Virus record (IMG/VR): IMGVR_UViG_2932480793_000001
Coordinates: 8,493 to 72,492 of that record
From: a virus
Taxonomy: Duplodnaviria; Caudoviricetes
Reading direction: 5' to 3' (one strand)
Length of the DNA: 64,000 nt
Shown here: positions 8,801 through 17,796 of the stretch, in pieces
Layout of the letters: each line of letters starts with the position of its first letter
Numbering within the stretch: the stretch's first letter is position 1
Notes under the pieces: generated by a model
Told to the model about the DNA's origin: nothing
Databases searched by the model: none
The model's input: the letters and a program-made list of their open reading frames with translations, nothing else
Position numbers and translations under genes: made by a program

Positions 8801-11674
8801 CTGGATGAACGCCGGAATCAGCATCGGCAGGACCGGCAACAGTTGCTGGAGGAGGTTCAGGAACTGGGCGGCGAACTGCTGTGCCAGCTCGGATATGACC
8901 GCGGCCAGGCCCTCGATGATCGGTGTGAGGATCGGGCCGAGTTGGGCGGCGATCTGTGCGATGACCGGTGCCAGGGCGTTGAAGACGGTCACCAGCATGT
9001 TGAAGATCGGGGTGACCAGGGGCAGCAGGTCACCGATCAGCTTCCCGAGGACGGGGAGGAGCGGCGACACGGCCTTGACTAGGGCGATGATCGCCTGAGC
9101 GGCCACCACCAGGACCGGGCCCAGCGCTTCCGCGACAGGGAGAAGCGCCTCCCCCAGGGTGGCGAAGAGGTCGCTGACGGCGGGGCCCAGGAGCTTCGCT
9201 ACCTGCGTCACCGACGGGGCCAGCGCCGCCAGCACCGGCAGGACTGCTTGGATGGCGTCACCGAGCGCGCCGGCGATAAGCCCGGCAACGGCCTGAACAG
9301 CAGAGAAGATCGCTGCCAGCGAGGCTTGCACCTCGGGCAGGGCGGTGACCCGGCGGATCTCCGCCAGGGCGGATCCGATGATGGCGAAGAAGTCGCCGCC
9401 CCCATCAGCGGCGGCCCCGAAGACGTTCTTGATGATGCCGCCGAGGTCTGCCAGCACCCCGCTGAACTGGACGGCAATGTCGAGGGCTGTGTTGATCGCC
9501 TCTTCGAGCCTGCCGTTCTCCAGTCCCTCGGCAAGCTTGGCCATGACCCGGTCCATGGCCTCACCCGCACCACGGGTGAGGCGGTCCCAGGCAGGGCCGG
9601 CTGCGATGGTGAGCTGGGACAGACCCGTGACGATCTGGCCCGGGACTTGGACGAGGTTCCCGAGCCCGTTGCGGATGACGTCGAACGTGCCTTTGAGCTG
9701 CCCGGTGCGTTCCAGGGTGTCGACAGCGGTAAGGGCGTTCTTCGCCATGTCTCTGAGCTCGCCAGCGGCTCCGACGAACCCGGCCCGGACGGTGGGCAGG
9801 ATGCGCCCGCCGACGGCCTGGAGGCGGCTGCCGAGCCCGGCGAAGAGGGCGTCCTGCACGTCGAGCTTCATGGCCCGCCAGGCAGGTGCCATGGCCTGGA
9901 GGGTGCTTACGAAGCCGCGGGCGTTCGGGCTGAGCTTCGAGATCGCGTCGTCGAGCTTCGTGGTCTGCGTGGCCGCAGTCTGCTGGGCGTCCGCAACAGC
10001 GCGGGTGGCGTCGGCGACAGCGCGGTGGGCGTCGACCAGACCACGCTGCTGCTCAGCGACCTGCTCGTTCGCCGACCGGATACGTTCCTGCGCCTGCACC
10101 ACCGCGTCGGAGCCGGCGACCCCGGCCCGGTTCGCGGCGGCGGTGTCGACTTGGAGGCGCTTCTGCTGCCGGGACTGCTCTTCGGCCGCCGCCCGGGCCC
10201 GCTCCAGTGCAAGGTCGGCCTGCTGGATCTGCAACTGGGTGGCGGTCGGGTCGGAGCGGGTTTTCGCGAGGTCGAGTTCGGCCTGCTCGATGTCGAGTGC
10301 GGCCTGCTTCTGGTCGAGTGCGCCTTGGCGGAGGCGCTGGTTCATGTCCTCCAGGTCGCGGGCGGCTTGCCTGCGGGCGGCGGACAGTTCCTGCTGCGCC
10401 TGCCGGGCGGTGCGCTGGGCCTGGGACAGGTTGCGTTCGGCGTCGGCAACACCGCGCTGCGCGTTAGCAAGGGACCGCTGGGCGGTTTCGACCTGCCGGG
10501 TCGCTGTGACTGCGGCCTTCGCTTCGGCCGGCGCCGGGTTGAACGCGGCTTTGATGGCGTCGCCGACCCCGGACGTGCCCAGCTTGATGGCGCCGAACGC
10601 GGTGGCGAGTGTGAGGATGCCGGGGGCTGCGACAGCAGCGAGGGGCCCCATCTGGGCGATTGCCTGCCCCATCGCGGACAGTTGGGGTGTGGCGAGGAGC
10701 GCCGCGGCGGCGAGCTTCGCTATGCGTCCGGTGAGGATCCCGGCCTGGGCGGATGCGCTGCCGCCGCTTCCACCGAAGCTGCCGAGGGCTGAGGTGATTC
10801 CGGCGAGACCGAACAGGCGTGTGCGGATGTTGACGGTGCGGTCGCGGGCAACGTGGTTGAGGGCGGTGTTCGCTGCGGCGGTGTCGGCTCGAGCTGCGAC
10901 GCGGACGGTGCGCCGGCGGGTGAGGTTGCTGATGTCGTCGGCGGCGACCCGGGTGTCGACGTCGACACCGACACGGACGCGCTGCCGTTGGGTAAGGCCG
11001 CGGAGTTCGTTAGCAGCCACTCGGGTGTCGAGGGTGGCGCGGATTTGAACGAAGCGGTCGGCGGTGAGTTTATCGAGGGCCTTCTCAACGCGCTTGTACG
11101 CCGCATCGTTGATCTTGGCGACGATGTCGACGGTGGTCTGCCCGAACCCGGCGAGCTTCGCTTTGGCGGCGGTGTCGTCGACCTGCGCCGTGATCTTCAC
11201 TGTGCGGTCGGCGCTCAGCTTCCCGAGCGCCGCCTTCGCCGCCGTGTCGTCGAGTTGGGCAGTGATCTTCACGGTGCGCTGGTCCGTGAGCCTGCCCAGC
11301 CCGGCGCGCGCCGCGGTGTCGTCCAGTTCGGCTCGGACCTTCACCGTGCGGTCCCGAGTCAGGCGGGTCAGTGCAGTGGTGGCCGCCTTGTCGTCCAACT
11401 CGGCGGTGATCTTGACCGTGCGCGTCTTGGTCAGCTTGGTGAGCTTGGCCTCAGCCACGGTGGTCATCAGGTCGACACCGACGCGCACGGTGGGTGTGGC
11501 GGCTGCGAGCTTCCGTCGGATCCCGTCGAGGATCTGGTCTCCGGCGACTTCCCCGGCGAGCTTGGCGGGCTGGCGGATCGCGGAGGGCAGCTCGACACGG
11601 AGCCGGTCGCCGAACTGGGTCGTGTCCGGGATGAGGCTCACCCGGGTGGATCCGACGAGTGTCGGCTCGGCCAT
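5810..11674 (-). CDS. Tape measure protein with M23 peptidase and lytic transglycosylase domains
   Basis: 1954 aa, Ala-rich with repeats; M23 motifs HTGLDF and GPHLHLE; SLT motifs QESGGNPKAVN and GLMQVI. Confidence 0.95.
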   Translation of the reverse strand: MAEPTLVGSTRVSLIPDTTQFGDRLRVELPSAIRQPAKLAGEVAGDQILDGIRRKLAAATPTVRVGVDLMTTVAEAKLTKLTKTRTVKITAELDDKAATTALTRLTRDRTVKVRAELDDTAARAGLGRLTDQRTVKITAQLDDTAAKAALGKLSADRTVKITAQVDDTAAKAKLAGFGQTTVDIVAKINDAAYKRVEKALDKLTADRFVQIRATLDTRVAANELRGLTQRQRVRVGVDVDTRVAADDISNLTRRRTVRVAARADTAAANTALNHVARDRTVNIRTRLFGLAGITSALGSFGGSGGSASAQAGILTGRIAKLAAAALLATPQLSAMGQAIAQMGPLAAVAAPGILTLATAFGAIKLGTSGVGDAIKAAFNPAPAEAKAAVTATRQVETAQRSLANAQRGVADAERNLSQAQRTARQAQQELSAARRQAARDLEDMNQRLRQGALDQKQAALDIEQAELDLAKTRSDPTATQLQIQQADLALERARAAAEEQSRQQKRLQVDTAAANRAGVAGSDAVVQAQERIRSANEQVAEQQRGLVDAHRAVADATRAVADAQQTAATQTTKLDDAISKLSPNARGFVSTLQAMAPAWRAMKLDVQDALFAGLGSRLQAVGGRILPTVRAGFVGAAGELRDMAKNALTAVDTLERTGQLKGTFDVIRNGLGNLVQVPGQIVTGLSQLTIAAGPAWDRLTRGAGEAMDRVMAKLAEGLENGRLEEAINTALDIAVQFSGVLADLGGIIKNVFGAAADGGGDFFAIIGSALAEIRRVTALPEVQASLAAIFSAVQAVAGLIAGALGDAIQAVLPVLAALAPSVTQVAKLLGPAVSDLFATLGEALLPVAEALGPVLVVAAQAIIALVKAVSPLLPVLGKLIGDLLPLVTPIFNMLVTVFNALAPVIAQIAAQLGPILTPIIEGLAAVISELAQQFAAQFLNLLQQLLPVLPMLIPAFIQLGQAIGQILLALAPLLPQLLLLSTMFIVELLPALLPLLPPMIQFSTLLTQLAVMVITGIVVPAMTKFIEHMTALREKLGPAVDAIKWVTEKIAGAFEWLYDFLLGHSVIPDIVNGAIRWFTDLRNGAIRIFNWIREKVAGAWSGLWNNIKTTASDAWGSVRRGFDNFAEKLSGAFNTLKKNLGKIWDGLKDLVKAPIKFWIDVVYNKGIVSVWNKTAAKIPGIDPLKEMNLPKGFARGGILPGFSTWRQGDDQLVPMRRGEGVYVSEAMRDPYERARLHAVNQAAMRGQSLRAFRGFAEGGIFDGITNAVGNVLSKGADVARGGLADLAESAFSPVKKGITKALGKNKGTWPGMIGQAPIGLINKAIDYIRGKDIVEGTGQWLKPVSAPYGTPFGKPGLMWSSGRHTGLDFPAKTGTPIRAVDSGIVRQAIDSGPYGKHIEINHGSGLSSLYAHMSAMLARASDTVKRGQQIGRVGATGNTTGPHLHLEARIKGKTVDPMRYLEGGGDGGSGGAGVERFRGVVTQALGQVGQSLSLVNTTLRRMNQESGGNPKAVNRNDINWINGTPSVGLMQVIRPTFDAYAGKYRKTGPKLYGVSVDPMANIYASMRYALSRYGSLSSAYNRPGGYALGGIVGGVQISTGFRRGSGYATGGVIRVGGKSIDTGPIAASVGANFLKALAGTASAIDKAMTQVATAVKNAFKGVKTTLDDKLVRQLTTQNKTLQSLAKQRDTIAAKISQAKAFAAETTTNAASFASLTSLPNSGLPFGADGILNGLQVRLGQLNAFSKNLEILGKRGLSKALIGQIIAAGPDQGAPYAAALVKATDAQLKSINATQVQIGKATSAYGSAAADAMYDAGSMAGKGFLTGLVAQEKAIVKAMADLAKKIQKTIKVELKIKSPSQVLAGLGRFTGLGFVRGVRDTIPQAAAAAASMARVVRSTAAATVARTEVSSVNNTSGDRVLNYNARVTEVASKRSILDALAQDDMLHRPVMSGAN

Positions 11675-11688
11675 GCTGCCCTCCCCTC

Positions 11689-12176
11689 CTACGGTGCTGC
11701 TTCGAGTTCGCGGAGCTTGCTGGCCCAGTGGTCGATCTCCGCTTGATCGGTCTGGGTGCCGGGTGAGAACTGGTTGAGGACTGCCTCGGAGTAGGCGACT
11801 CCGGCGGCTTCAAGTTCGGCCTGCCGCTCGTCGACCTCGGTGGCCGGCGACTCAACAGGTGGCATGTCCGGCGGGTCGCCCTTGAGGTGGGCGGCCCACA
11901 GGACCCGGATCATGAGGAGGAGCGCGTTGTACTGGGCTGCTTGCAGGTAGGTGTCCTGCGTCCAGCGGCGACCCTCCAAGTCCCCGGCGGTGGCCGCTTT
12001 CGTCGCGGAGTCCTCCGGGAGGTGTTGGACCAGGTCGCGGAGTTCGGCCCAGTTCATGGACCCCTCACCCCAGGACATGGCCCAGAACTCTTCTAGGCGG
12101 CGGCCGGGGTAGTACCGCTGGAGGTCGGCGCGGACGGCTCCGGGGTGCTCTCGGAGGAGCTGGAGGAGCCAGAGCC
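11689..12176 (-). CDS. Tail assembly chaperone, C-terminal extension read after a -1 frameshift (gpGT-like)
   Basis: The -1 frame from the slippery site reads GRLWLLQLLREHPGAVRADLQRYYPG.. and continues into ORF 11689-12078. Confidence 0.85.
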
Positions 12177-12506
12177 TTCCCCCTGGGTGGTGCCCGCCTC
12201 CTCGTTCATCTCGTCGAGGATGTCCTTCAGTTCACCGAGGGTGAGCTTGGCGACGGACACCAGCCGGTCGAAGGCGTCCTTGGGTCGGGCGATCTCGCGG
12301 AGGACGTTGAGGTTGGCGTTGCCGCCCTTCTCCTCGACCTCCTCGATGACCTCCAGCGGCCAGTTGTCCTGCACGGGGAACGAGCAGGTCTCTTCGACGC
12401 CGTCGGTGTTCTCGAAGACGACGTCGAGGAACTGGACCTTGGCAGCGGAGGCGCGCTGGGCGCGCATCTGCTGCAGCCGGATGACCTTGCGGTTGGGCTT
12501 GGACAT
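12093..12506 (-). CDS. Tail assembly chaperone (gpG-like)
   Basis: Lies between major tail and tape measure; ends shortly after a GGGGGAA slippery site. Confidence 0.85.
   Translation of the reverse strand: MSKPNRKVIRLQQMRAQRASAAKVQFLDVVFENTDGVEETCSFPVQDNWPLEVIEEVEEKGGNANLNVLREIARPKDAFDRLVSVAKLTLGELKDILDEMNEEAGTTQGEGSGSSSSSESTPEPSAPTSSGTTPAAA
12177..12183 (-). promoter_or_regulatory. Programmed -1 ribosomal frameshift site GGGGGAA
   Basis: Minus strand reads CAG GGG GAA; same heptamer type as actinophage tail chaperones; the -1 frame is open. Confidence 0.85.
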
Positions 12507-12608
12507 GGTGTGGCTTCCTTACTTGGGCAGGGGCAGGCGGGGGCTTGCAGGTGGCCCGTCGTGCCGCCCCCGCCCAGGGATTGAGCGCGACGGACCACCA
12601 GTCGGGGG

Positions 12609-13199
12609 TTAGTCCTCGGGGAGCGCCACGTCGGTGATCTGGTGCTGGACGGACTGGGCACCACCCGGGGCACTGAGCGCGGTGAAGGTCAGCTCGTAGT
12701 TCGAGGAGTCGTCCGCGCTGTGCTTGCGGGCGCCACGGTCCGACACACCACAGCGGGCGATCATGATGCGGTGACGCTTCCCGCCGTAGATGACGTCCAG
12801 GCCCAGGGCGATCTCGACCGTGTCCTGGGTGCTGCCAGACCCGAAGGAGATGAACTGCTTCTTCGCCGGCGGACCCACCGCCGCCGCGGTGCTTGTCATG
12901 TTCGAGAGCTGCACCTGGTAGTACAGGGACAGCAGTTGGGCGGTGGTCTCGCGGAACGTGAGCTTGAACGTCTGGGTGCGCTTCTTCGCGAGGTCGACGA
13001 CGGGCGCGTCTTCGCCCCAGGCGTCGAGCTGGGTGCGCTCCTCGGCCATGGCCTCTTCGAGGCCGTCGGGGGTGATGAAGCCCATGTCGACGAAGTCGGT
13101 GCCCCAGGCGAGTTCGGGGCCGAGGGGGAAGGTGGAGCCGACGGGGGCGGCGTAGGCCTTGCCCGCCGTACCGACGATGATGTTCGCAGAGTCGCCCAC
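12609..13199 (-). CDS. Major tail protein
   Basis: KAYAAPVGS, DMGFITPDGL, LDAWG and YELTFTAL motifs; synteny. Confidence 0.9.
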   Translation of the reverse strand: MGDSANIIVGTAGKAYAAPVGSTFPLGPELAWGTDFVDMGFITPDGLEEAMAEERTQLDAWGEDAPVVDLAKKRTQTFKLTFRETTAQLLSLYYQVQLSNMTSTAAAVGPPAKKQFISFGSGSTQDTVEIALGLDVIYGGKRHRIMIARCGVSDRGARKHSADDSSNYELTFTALSAPGGAQSVQHQITDVALPED

Positions 13200-13209
13200 G
13201 ACGGGCCTC

Positions 13210-13638
13210 CTAGCTGTTCGGGAGGGGTGGGCGGACGCTCATCCCCAGGATCATGCCGACACGGGCGACACCCGTGTTGGGCTCTTCTGGTCGGTCTTGC
13301 GGGCCGGTCTCCTCGGAGATTCCGGCGACGATCCCGTCTGCGGTGGACCGGCCGGGTAGCAGCTCCCACTCGGCCCGCACTCGCAGCGCGAGGCGCATGG
13401 CCGCGCCTTCGGTGGTGTCGTAGCAGTCGACGGAGAACCGGGGCCGATCTCGCGTGGCTGGGTCGGACCAGCCGCGCATGTCGCTGGTCCCGCCGACCCG
13501 GAGCACCCTGACGAGCGGGAGCGCGGCGTCGAACGCCTTGCCCTCGGGGAGCTTCGAGGCCACCCGCACGCCGGGCATGGCGGCGGTGAGCAGGTCGACG
13601 GCGATCTGCTTGGCGTCGGGTAGGACCAATGCGGCCAT
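13210..13638 (-). CDS. Tail terminator protein
   Basis: LPLVRVLRVGG..DRPRFSVDCY motif; precedes the major tail gene. Confidence 0.8.
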   Translation of the reverse strand: MAALVLPDAKQIAVDLLTAAMPGVRVASKLPEGKAFDAALPLVRVLRVGGTSDMRGWSDPATRDRPRFSVDCYDTTEGAAMRLALRVRAEWELLPGRSTADGIVAGISEETGPQDRPEEPNTGVARVGMILGMSVRPPLPNS

Positions 13639-13640
13639 GG

Positions 13641-13853
13641 CTACTTGCCTGCGGCCTTCTGCGGCTGACTGCCGGTCGTCGGGTTCTTCTCCCCTGCGGT
13701 CTTCGCGGCGTCGTCGGCCTTCTTGTCGTCGATCGGCTCGGCGTAGCCCTTCCAGCGGTGGACCTCGTCGGCGGGGACGTCGACGGTGTCGCCGGGCTGC
13801 TTGTCGCCACGCCAGAACGTGAGCTTCATCTTCACGGTGCTGGGGTCAGACAT
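13641..13853 (-). CDS. Small virion-associated hypothetical protein (70 aa)
   Basis: MSDPSTVKMKLTFWRGDKQPGDTVDV..; RBS GGAGG; coupled to neighbouring genes. Confidence 0.7.
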   Translation of the reverse strand: MSDPSTVKMKLTFWRGDKQPGDTVDVPADEVHRWKGYAEPIDDKKADDAAKTAGEKNPTTGSQPQKAAGK

Positions 13854-14178
13854 GGTGGTCGCCTCCTGCGGCGTCGAGAGCGTTGCCGAGCGTGTGGTTC
13901 GGCAGATGGATACGGCGGCCGTGGCGATCGGTCTGCCGGGTGCCGAGTTCCACGTAGATGGAGTGGTCGGCGTCGGCGTCCACGTGACGGGTGCCGTCCA
14001 GATCGGGGCGCTCCACAATGTGGATCTTCGAGCGGTACTCGCCGGTGTCGACCGGAGCCGTCAGCTGCGCCACGCCGACGACCCGACCCATCCGCGCACC
14101 AAGGTCGGCCTGCACATCGGGGTGCATGACCAGTCCGGCGATCGCGTCCTCGTCGAGGTCGATACGGATGTCGTTCAT
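13846..14178 (-). CDS. HK97 gp10-like neck/tail completion protein
   Basis: APVDTGEYRSKI and HSIYVELGT motifs; start ATG 14178 overlaps the upstream stop. Confidence 0.85.
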   Translation of the reverse strand: MNDIRIDLDEDAIAGLVMHPDVQADLGARMGRVVGVAQLTAPVDTGEYRSKIHIVERPDLDGTRHVDADADHSIYVELGTRQTDRHGRRIHLPNHTLGNALDAAGGDHHV

Positions 14179-14513
14179 CCGGCCACCTCCAGCAGCCGCA
14201 CCGTCTGCCCCGACAGCGGACCGGCCTCCTGAACATCGCGCGGAACCCCGTCGACCTCCCAGGTGCGCCCGTCCCACTCGACGCGCTGCCACTCCGAGAC
14301 CTTCGGGGCGCGGCGAGGCATGAACAGCTGGGCGACAGTGGCCGTCTGATCCTTGGCTTCCTTCGACTCCGAGGAAGACGAGTAGTCGACGGTGCACCCG
14401 TACACCGGGGTTCGGGTGGCGTGAGCCCAGTCCCGCACCTTGGCGTTGTAGTCCCCGTCGACCAGAGGTGCGTCGACGAGCACGACGGTTTGGCGTCCGA
14501 TGTGGCCCGGCAT
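14175..14513 (-). CDS. Head-to-tail stopper
   Basis: RVEWDGRTWEVDGVP motif; synteny. Confidence 0.8.
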   Translation of the reverse strand: MPGHIGRQTVVLVDAPLVDGDYNAKVRDWAHATRTPVYGCTVDYSSSSESKEAKDQTATVAQLFMPRRAPKVSEWQRVEWDGRTWEVDGVPRDVQEAGPLSGQTVRLLEVAG

Positions 14514-14884
14514 CAGCCCACCACCAGCGGATCGAAACGGAAGAGACCGCAGGTGCGCAGCAGATCCGCCACGGATGCGGCGAGCTTCTGCGGCTGCTCC
14601 CCGTCCCGCAGCGGGCGCTTCGAGAACGACCTGATCCCCGTCGACATCGACTGCAGGTCCGACTGAGCCTCAGTCTCGTCACCGCGGTCCAGCATCCAAT
14701 GCACCTGCTGGACCGTCGCCTGCCGCAACACCTCCACAACCTCGGCGTCATCGCGGTCGTACCACGCCCCCAGCAGGGCACGGTCGACACGCTGCGACGC
14801 CAACGTCAGCAAGCGCACAGCGTTCGGCGGGGCCGGCTCGGGGGCCAGCCACGCTGCGAGATCGGGGACAGTCGCGTAGGGCAC
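14513..14884 (-). CDS. Head-to-tail adaptor
   Basis: YATVPDLAAWL..LLTLASQRVDRAL..QATVQQV pattern; synteny. Confidence 0.8.
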   Translation of the reverse strand: MPYATVPDLAAWLAPEPAPPNAVRLLTLASQRVDRALLGAWYDRDDAEVVEVLRQATVQQVHWMLDRGDETEAQSDLQSMSTGIRSFSKRPLRDGEQPQKLAASVADLLRTCGLFRFDPLVVG

Positions 14885-14887
14885 CGG

Positions 14888-15565
14888 CTACTCCTGGCCC
14901 TCAGGGTCGCGGGCGTCCTCGACGACCTGGGCGTAGTCCTGGCACTCCTGCTTAGTGGCGTCCTTCGCCTCGTCCGGGTCCATGCCCAGGGCGACGGCGT
15001 ACTCCCGCCACGTATCGACCTTGGCGTTCGCCGCCGGCTTCTTCGGCAGATCGGCCGTCGGCTCGTCACCGTCGTCTTCGGTCGACGCCTCGGACTTCCG
15101 GGGCTCCGACTTCGGGTGCACGTCGCCGCGCGCTTCGCTGGGGCGACCGTCGACGCTCGCATGCTCCGGGCCGCGGGTGCCCTCGCCTGCGTCACCGACG
15201 ACACCGGTATCGGTGCCCTCAACGGCGTCGACCCACTCCATCAGCTGCTGGTGAGACATGGTGGACGCCTTCGTGGCGAGGAGCCCAAGGCGCACCGCAT
15301 AGGTGGCCCACGCCCCCGTGTGGTCACCCGGCTCCGGCTTCTCCGCCGCCCCATGCACGTTCTTCCCGACCCGGGTGGCTGCGGGGGCGTCCGCACCGTG
15401 CTGGATAACCTGCGGCAACACCTTCTGGTCCGGGTCCAGCAGCGGATCACCGTCCTCCGCCAGGCGCAGCTCACCCCGGTGGACCTGGGCGGCCATCATC
15501 GGGTCGAGCGGCTCGTCAAGCAGGACCCGCATGCCACCCGCGCCGACATACTCGCGGGCTGCCAT
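14888..15565 (-). CDS. Hypothetical protein with two HeH/Rho-N-like repeats
   Basis: Start MAAREYVG overlaps the upstream stop; repeats KP..W..YAV.LG at two positions. Confidence 0.7.
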   Translation of the reverse strand: MAAREYVGAGGMRVLLDEPLDPMMAAQVHRGELRLAEDGDPLLDPDQKVLPQVIQHGADAPAATRVGKNVHGAAEKPEPGDHTGAWATYAVRLGLLATKASTMSHQQLMEWVDAVEGTDTGVVGDAGEGTRGPEHASVDGRPSEARGDVHPKSEPRKSEASTEDDGDEPTADLPKKPAANAKVDTWREYAVALGMDPDEAKDATKQECQDYAQVVEDARDPEGQE

Positions 15566-15939
15566 CACAGGCTCCGGGCGAGCTTGAACGCGGTGACAGT
15601 GCCGGTGAAACCGGACTCGAAGTCGATGTTCAGCTTCCCGCCGTGCTGCAGGTAGCGGGCCTCGGAGAACGGGCCGATCCACCGGGTTCCGGAGGCGCCG
15701 ACGGACACCTCGGTGTCGCCCTGGGTGCGCATCCAGGCCGGGCCGTCCTTGCTGCCGGCGCGGACGGTGACCTTCTTCGCGGAGCCAGCCGAGTTCGCAA
15801 CGCGCAGCACGGTGCGGGACGGGTCGGCGGTGTTGATGACGACGCCATTCGTCACGAGCGTCGAGTCGATCGCAGTGCCGGTCGGGTCGGCGACATCGGT
15901 GACGCCGAGGTTGGTCGGGGTGAGAGCAGTGCGCGGCAT
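15565..15939 (-). CDS. Putative capsid decoration/accessory protein
   Basis: 124 aa, beta-rich, directly after the capsid gene; RBS GGAGG. Confidence 0.6.
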   Translation of the reverse strand: MPRTALTPTNLGVTDVADPTGTAIDSTLVTNGVVINTADPSRTVLRVANSAGSAKKVTVRAGSKDGPAWMRTQGDTEVSVGASGTRWIGPFSEARYLQHGGKLNIDFESGFTGTVTAFKLARSL

Positions 15940-15979
15940 GATTCCTCCAGAGAGAACGCCGACGAGGTGGTGGGAGGGA

Positions 15980-16840
15980 TCAGGCGGACGGGTCGACGTA
16001 TGCGACGGCGATGCCCTCGGGGCGGATCAGCTTCGCGCCGTACACGTGGAGGCCTCGGACGGCGTCGGCGATCGTCGACTCCAGGCGGAGCGCCTCGGTC
16101 TCCAGGATCTGGTCGACGAACGTCAGGGCCCCGGGGTAGCCGGCCTGGATGACCTGGGTGTCCGAGGACGGGTTCGGGGTGACGTTGGACTCCAGGACGT
16201 CGAAGCCGGCGGCGCGGCCGACGATGCCGTTGCGCAGGCCCTGCTCGTTGCCGGAGGCGTCGACGCGGACGAACCGGTCGTCCTGGAGGAGCGCCCCGGT
16301 GAACTCGGGGGACACGACGACGTACCGGTCCATGCCGGGGACGTTGGCCCGGTTGAGCTTGGTGCGGAGCGGGATGAGGACCTTGTCCCACGCATCCTTG
16401 GGGTTGGACGCGATGTTGACCGGGGAGCCGGAGGATCCGACGACGTTGGACGGGGCGACCCCGGTGTACAGGGAGGCGACGTACCGGTCGGCCTGGGCGG
16501 CGAGCTTCCGGGCGGCGCGCTGGGTGGTCTTCGCCATCGGGTTGAGGGCGACCTGCGCCTTGTCGACGTCATCCAATTTGAAAGCGAACGCGTCGCCCTG
16601 GTCGATGGGCAGGTCCAGCCCGGCGGTGTCGATGTCTTCGTAGTTGATCGTGTCGCCGGACTTGTAGGGGAAGATCGACGGGTCCCCGATGGTGACGATC
16701 CGCACCGACTGGCCCTGCGAGGTGATCTCACCCTCGTAGTCGCGGTTGACGATCTGGGGCTGCGCGTAGACGAGTGCCTCGTCCAGCCCGGCCAGGATCT
16801 GGGCGGACCAGATCTGGGGCTTGAACAGCGCGACGGACAT
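15980..16840 (-). CDS. Major capsid protein
   Basis: FKPQIWSAQIL, VNRDYEGEI, DDVDKAQ and DAVRGLHVYGAKLIRPE motifs. Confidence 0.95.
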   Translation of the reverse strand: MSVALFKPQIWSAQILAGLDEALVYAQPQIVNRDYEGEITSQGQSVRIVTIGDPSIFPYKSGDTINYEDIDTAGLDLPIDQGDAFAFKLDDVDKAQVALNPMAKTTQRAARKLAAQADRYVASLYTGVAPSNVVGSSGSPVNIASNPKDAWDKVLIPLRTKLNRANVPGMDRYVVVSPEFTGALLQDDRFVRVDASGNEQGLRNGIVGRAAGFDVLESNVTPNPSSDTQVIQAGYPGALTFVDQILETEALRLESTIADAVRGLHVYGAKLIRPEGIAVAYVDPSA

Positions 16841-16849
16841 GGTGGGTCC

Positions 16850-17650
16850 TTATCCGGCCCTGCCCAGGTAGCGGTCGAGCCGCCCTTCGGCCATGGCCTC
16901 GTTGATCTGCTTGGGAGTCATGCGAGATACATCCGCCTCACCCAGCTGCTTCTTGCTCCCACCGGCCCCGTCCATCGGTGCGCCACCTGCGGGGGTGGGC
17001 TCCGGCTCCTTCGGCTCGGGCGCCTTGGCCGCGAGCTTCTTGTTGGAGTCGACTGCCGTCTTCACTGCCTTGCCGACCTGCTCGTCGAAGTTGGCCGCTG
17101 TCGGGTCGAGCTTCGAGATGGCGTTGGCGAAGGAGCGCGAGTCGAGCAGTGCGTCGGGGTCGCCGCCGTGCTTCCCGGCCGTCTTGTAGACGGCGAGCTC
17201 CACCTGCGTCTGGCGGGCCTGCGCGCGGGACTCCTTGGTCTCTCCGCGGGCCTCTTCCAGCTGCTTGGCGAGCTCTTCGGGGGTGGGCGGCTTCTCCTCG
17301 TCGGTCTGGACACCGAAGAGTCCGGCCAGCTTCTTCATGAAGTTGGCCTGCTCGTCGGCAGCCTTCTGCTTGTCCTCCGCACGCTTCTGCTTCTGCTCGT
17401 CGACAGCCTCGCGGAGGTTCTCGATCGCTCGCATGGCGCGCTCGGGGTCGAAGGGGCCATCGAACTTGGGCGCCTTGGCCTTGGGTTCGTTGGGCTTCGG
17501 CTCGGTGACCGGCTCGGAGGGGGTGGTGGGTGCGGCCGACTCTGGCTGGGCCGGTGCAGTTGGTGCGGCCGGGGGTGTGGGCGGGTTGGCCGACTGGGTG
17601 CCGGGGTCTGCCGTGGTTCCCTCGGGTGCTGCGGGGGCGGGGGTCGTCAT
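16850..17650 (-). CDS. Capsid scaffolding protein
   Basis: Start MTTPAPAAPEG with RBS AAGGAGG; Pro-rich N-terminus, coiled coil, DPDALLDSRSF; precedes the capsid gene. Confidence 0.88.
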   Translation of the reverse strand: MTTPAPAAPEGTTADPGTQSANPPTPPAAPTAPAQPESAAPTTPSEPVTEPKPNEPKAKAPKFDGPFDPERAMRAIENLREAVDEQKQKRAEDKQKAADEQANFMKKLAGLFGVQTDEEKPPTPEELAKQLEEARGETKESRAQARQTQVELAVYKTAGKHGGDPDALLDSRSFANAISKLDPTAANFDEQVGKAVKTAVDSNKKLAAKAPEPKEPEPTPAGGAPMDGAGGSKKQLGEADVSRMTPKQINEAMAEGRLDRYLGRAG

Positions 17651-17796
17651 CTCGGTGCCTCCTTGGGCGGCCTGCACGCTGGTGCGACACCTTGTTCGCT
17701 GGCGTGTTAGCCCAGATGTTAACCCTGAACCCACCACAATGCTGCACAATCAAAGGTCATAGCGCAAGATATCCTTTGAATCCAAGGATCAAGGGG
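17651..17796. promoter_or_regulatory. AT-richer divergent intergenic region between the structural operon and the packaging operon
   Basis: Genes diverge on both sides; visibly lower GC. Confidence 0.55.
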
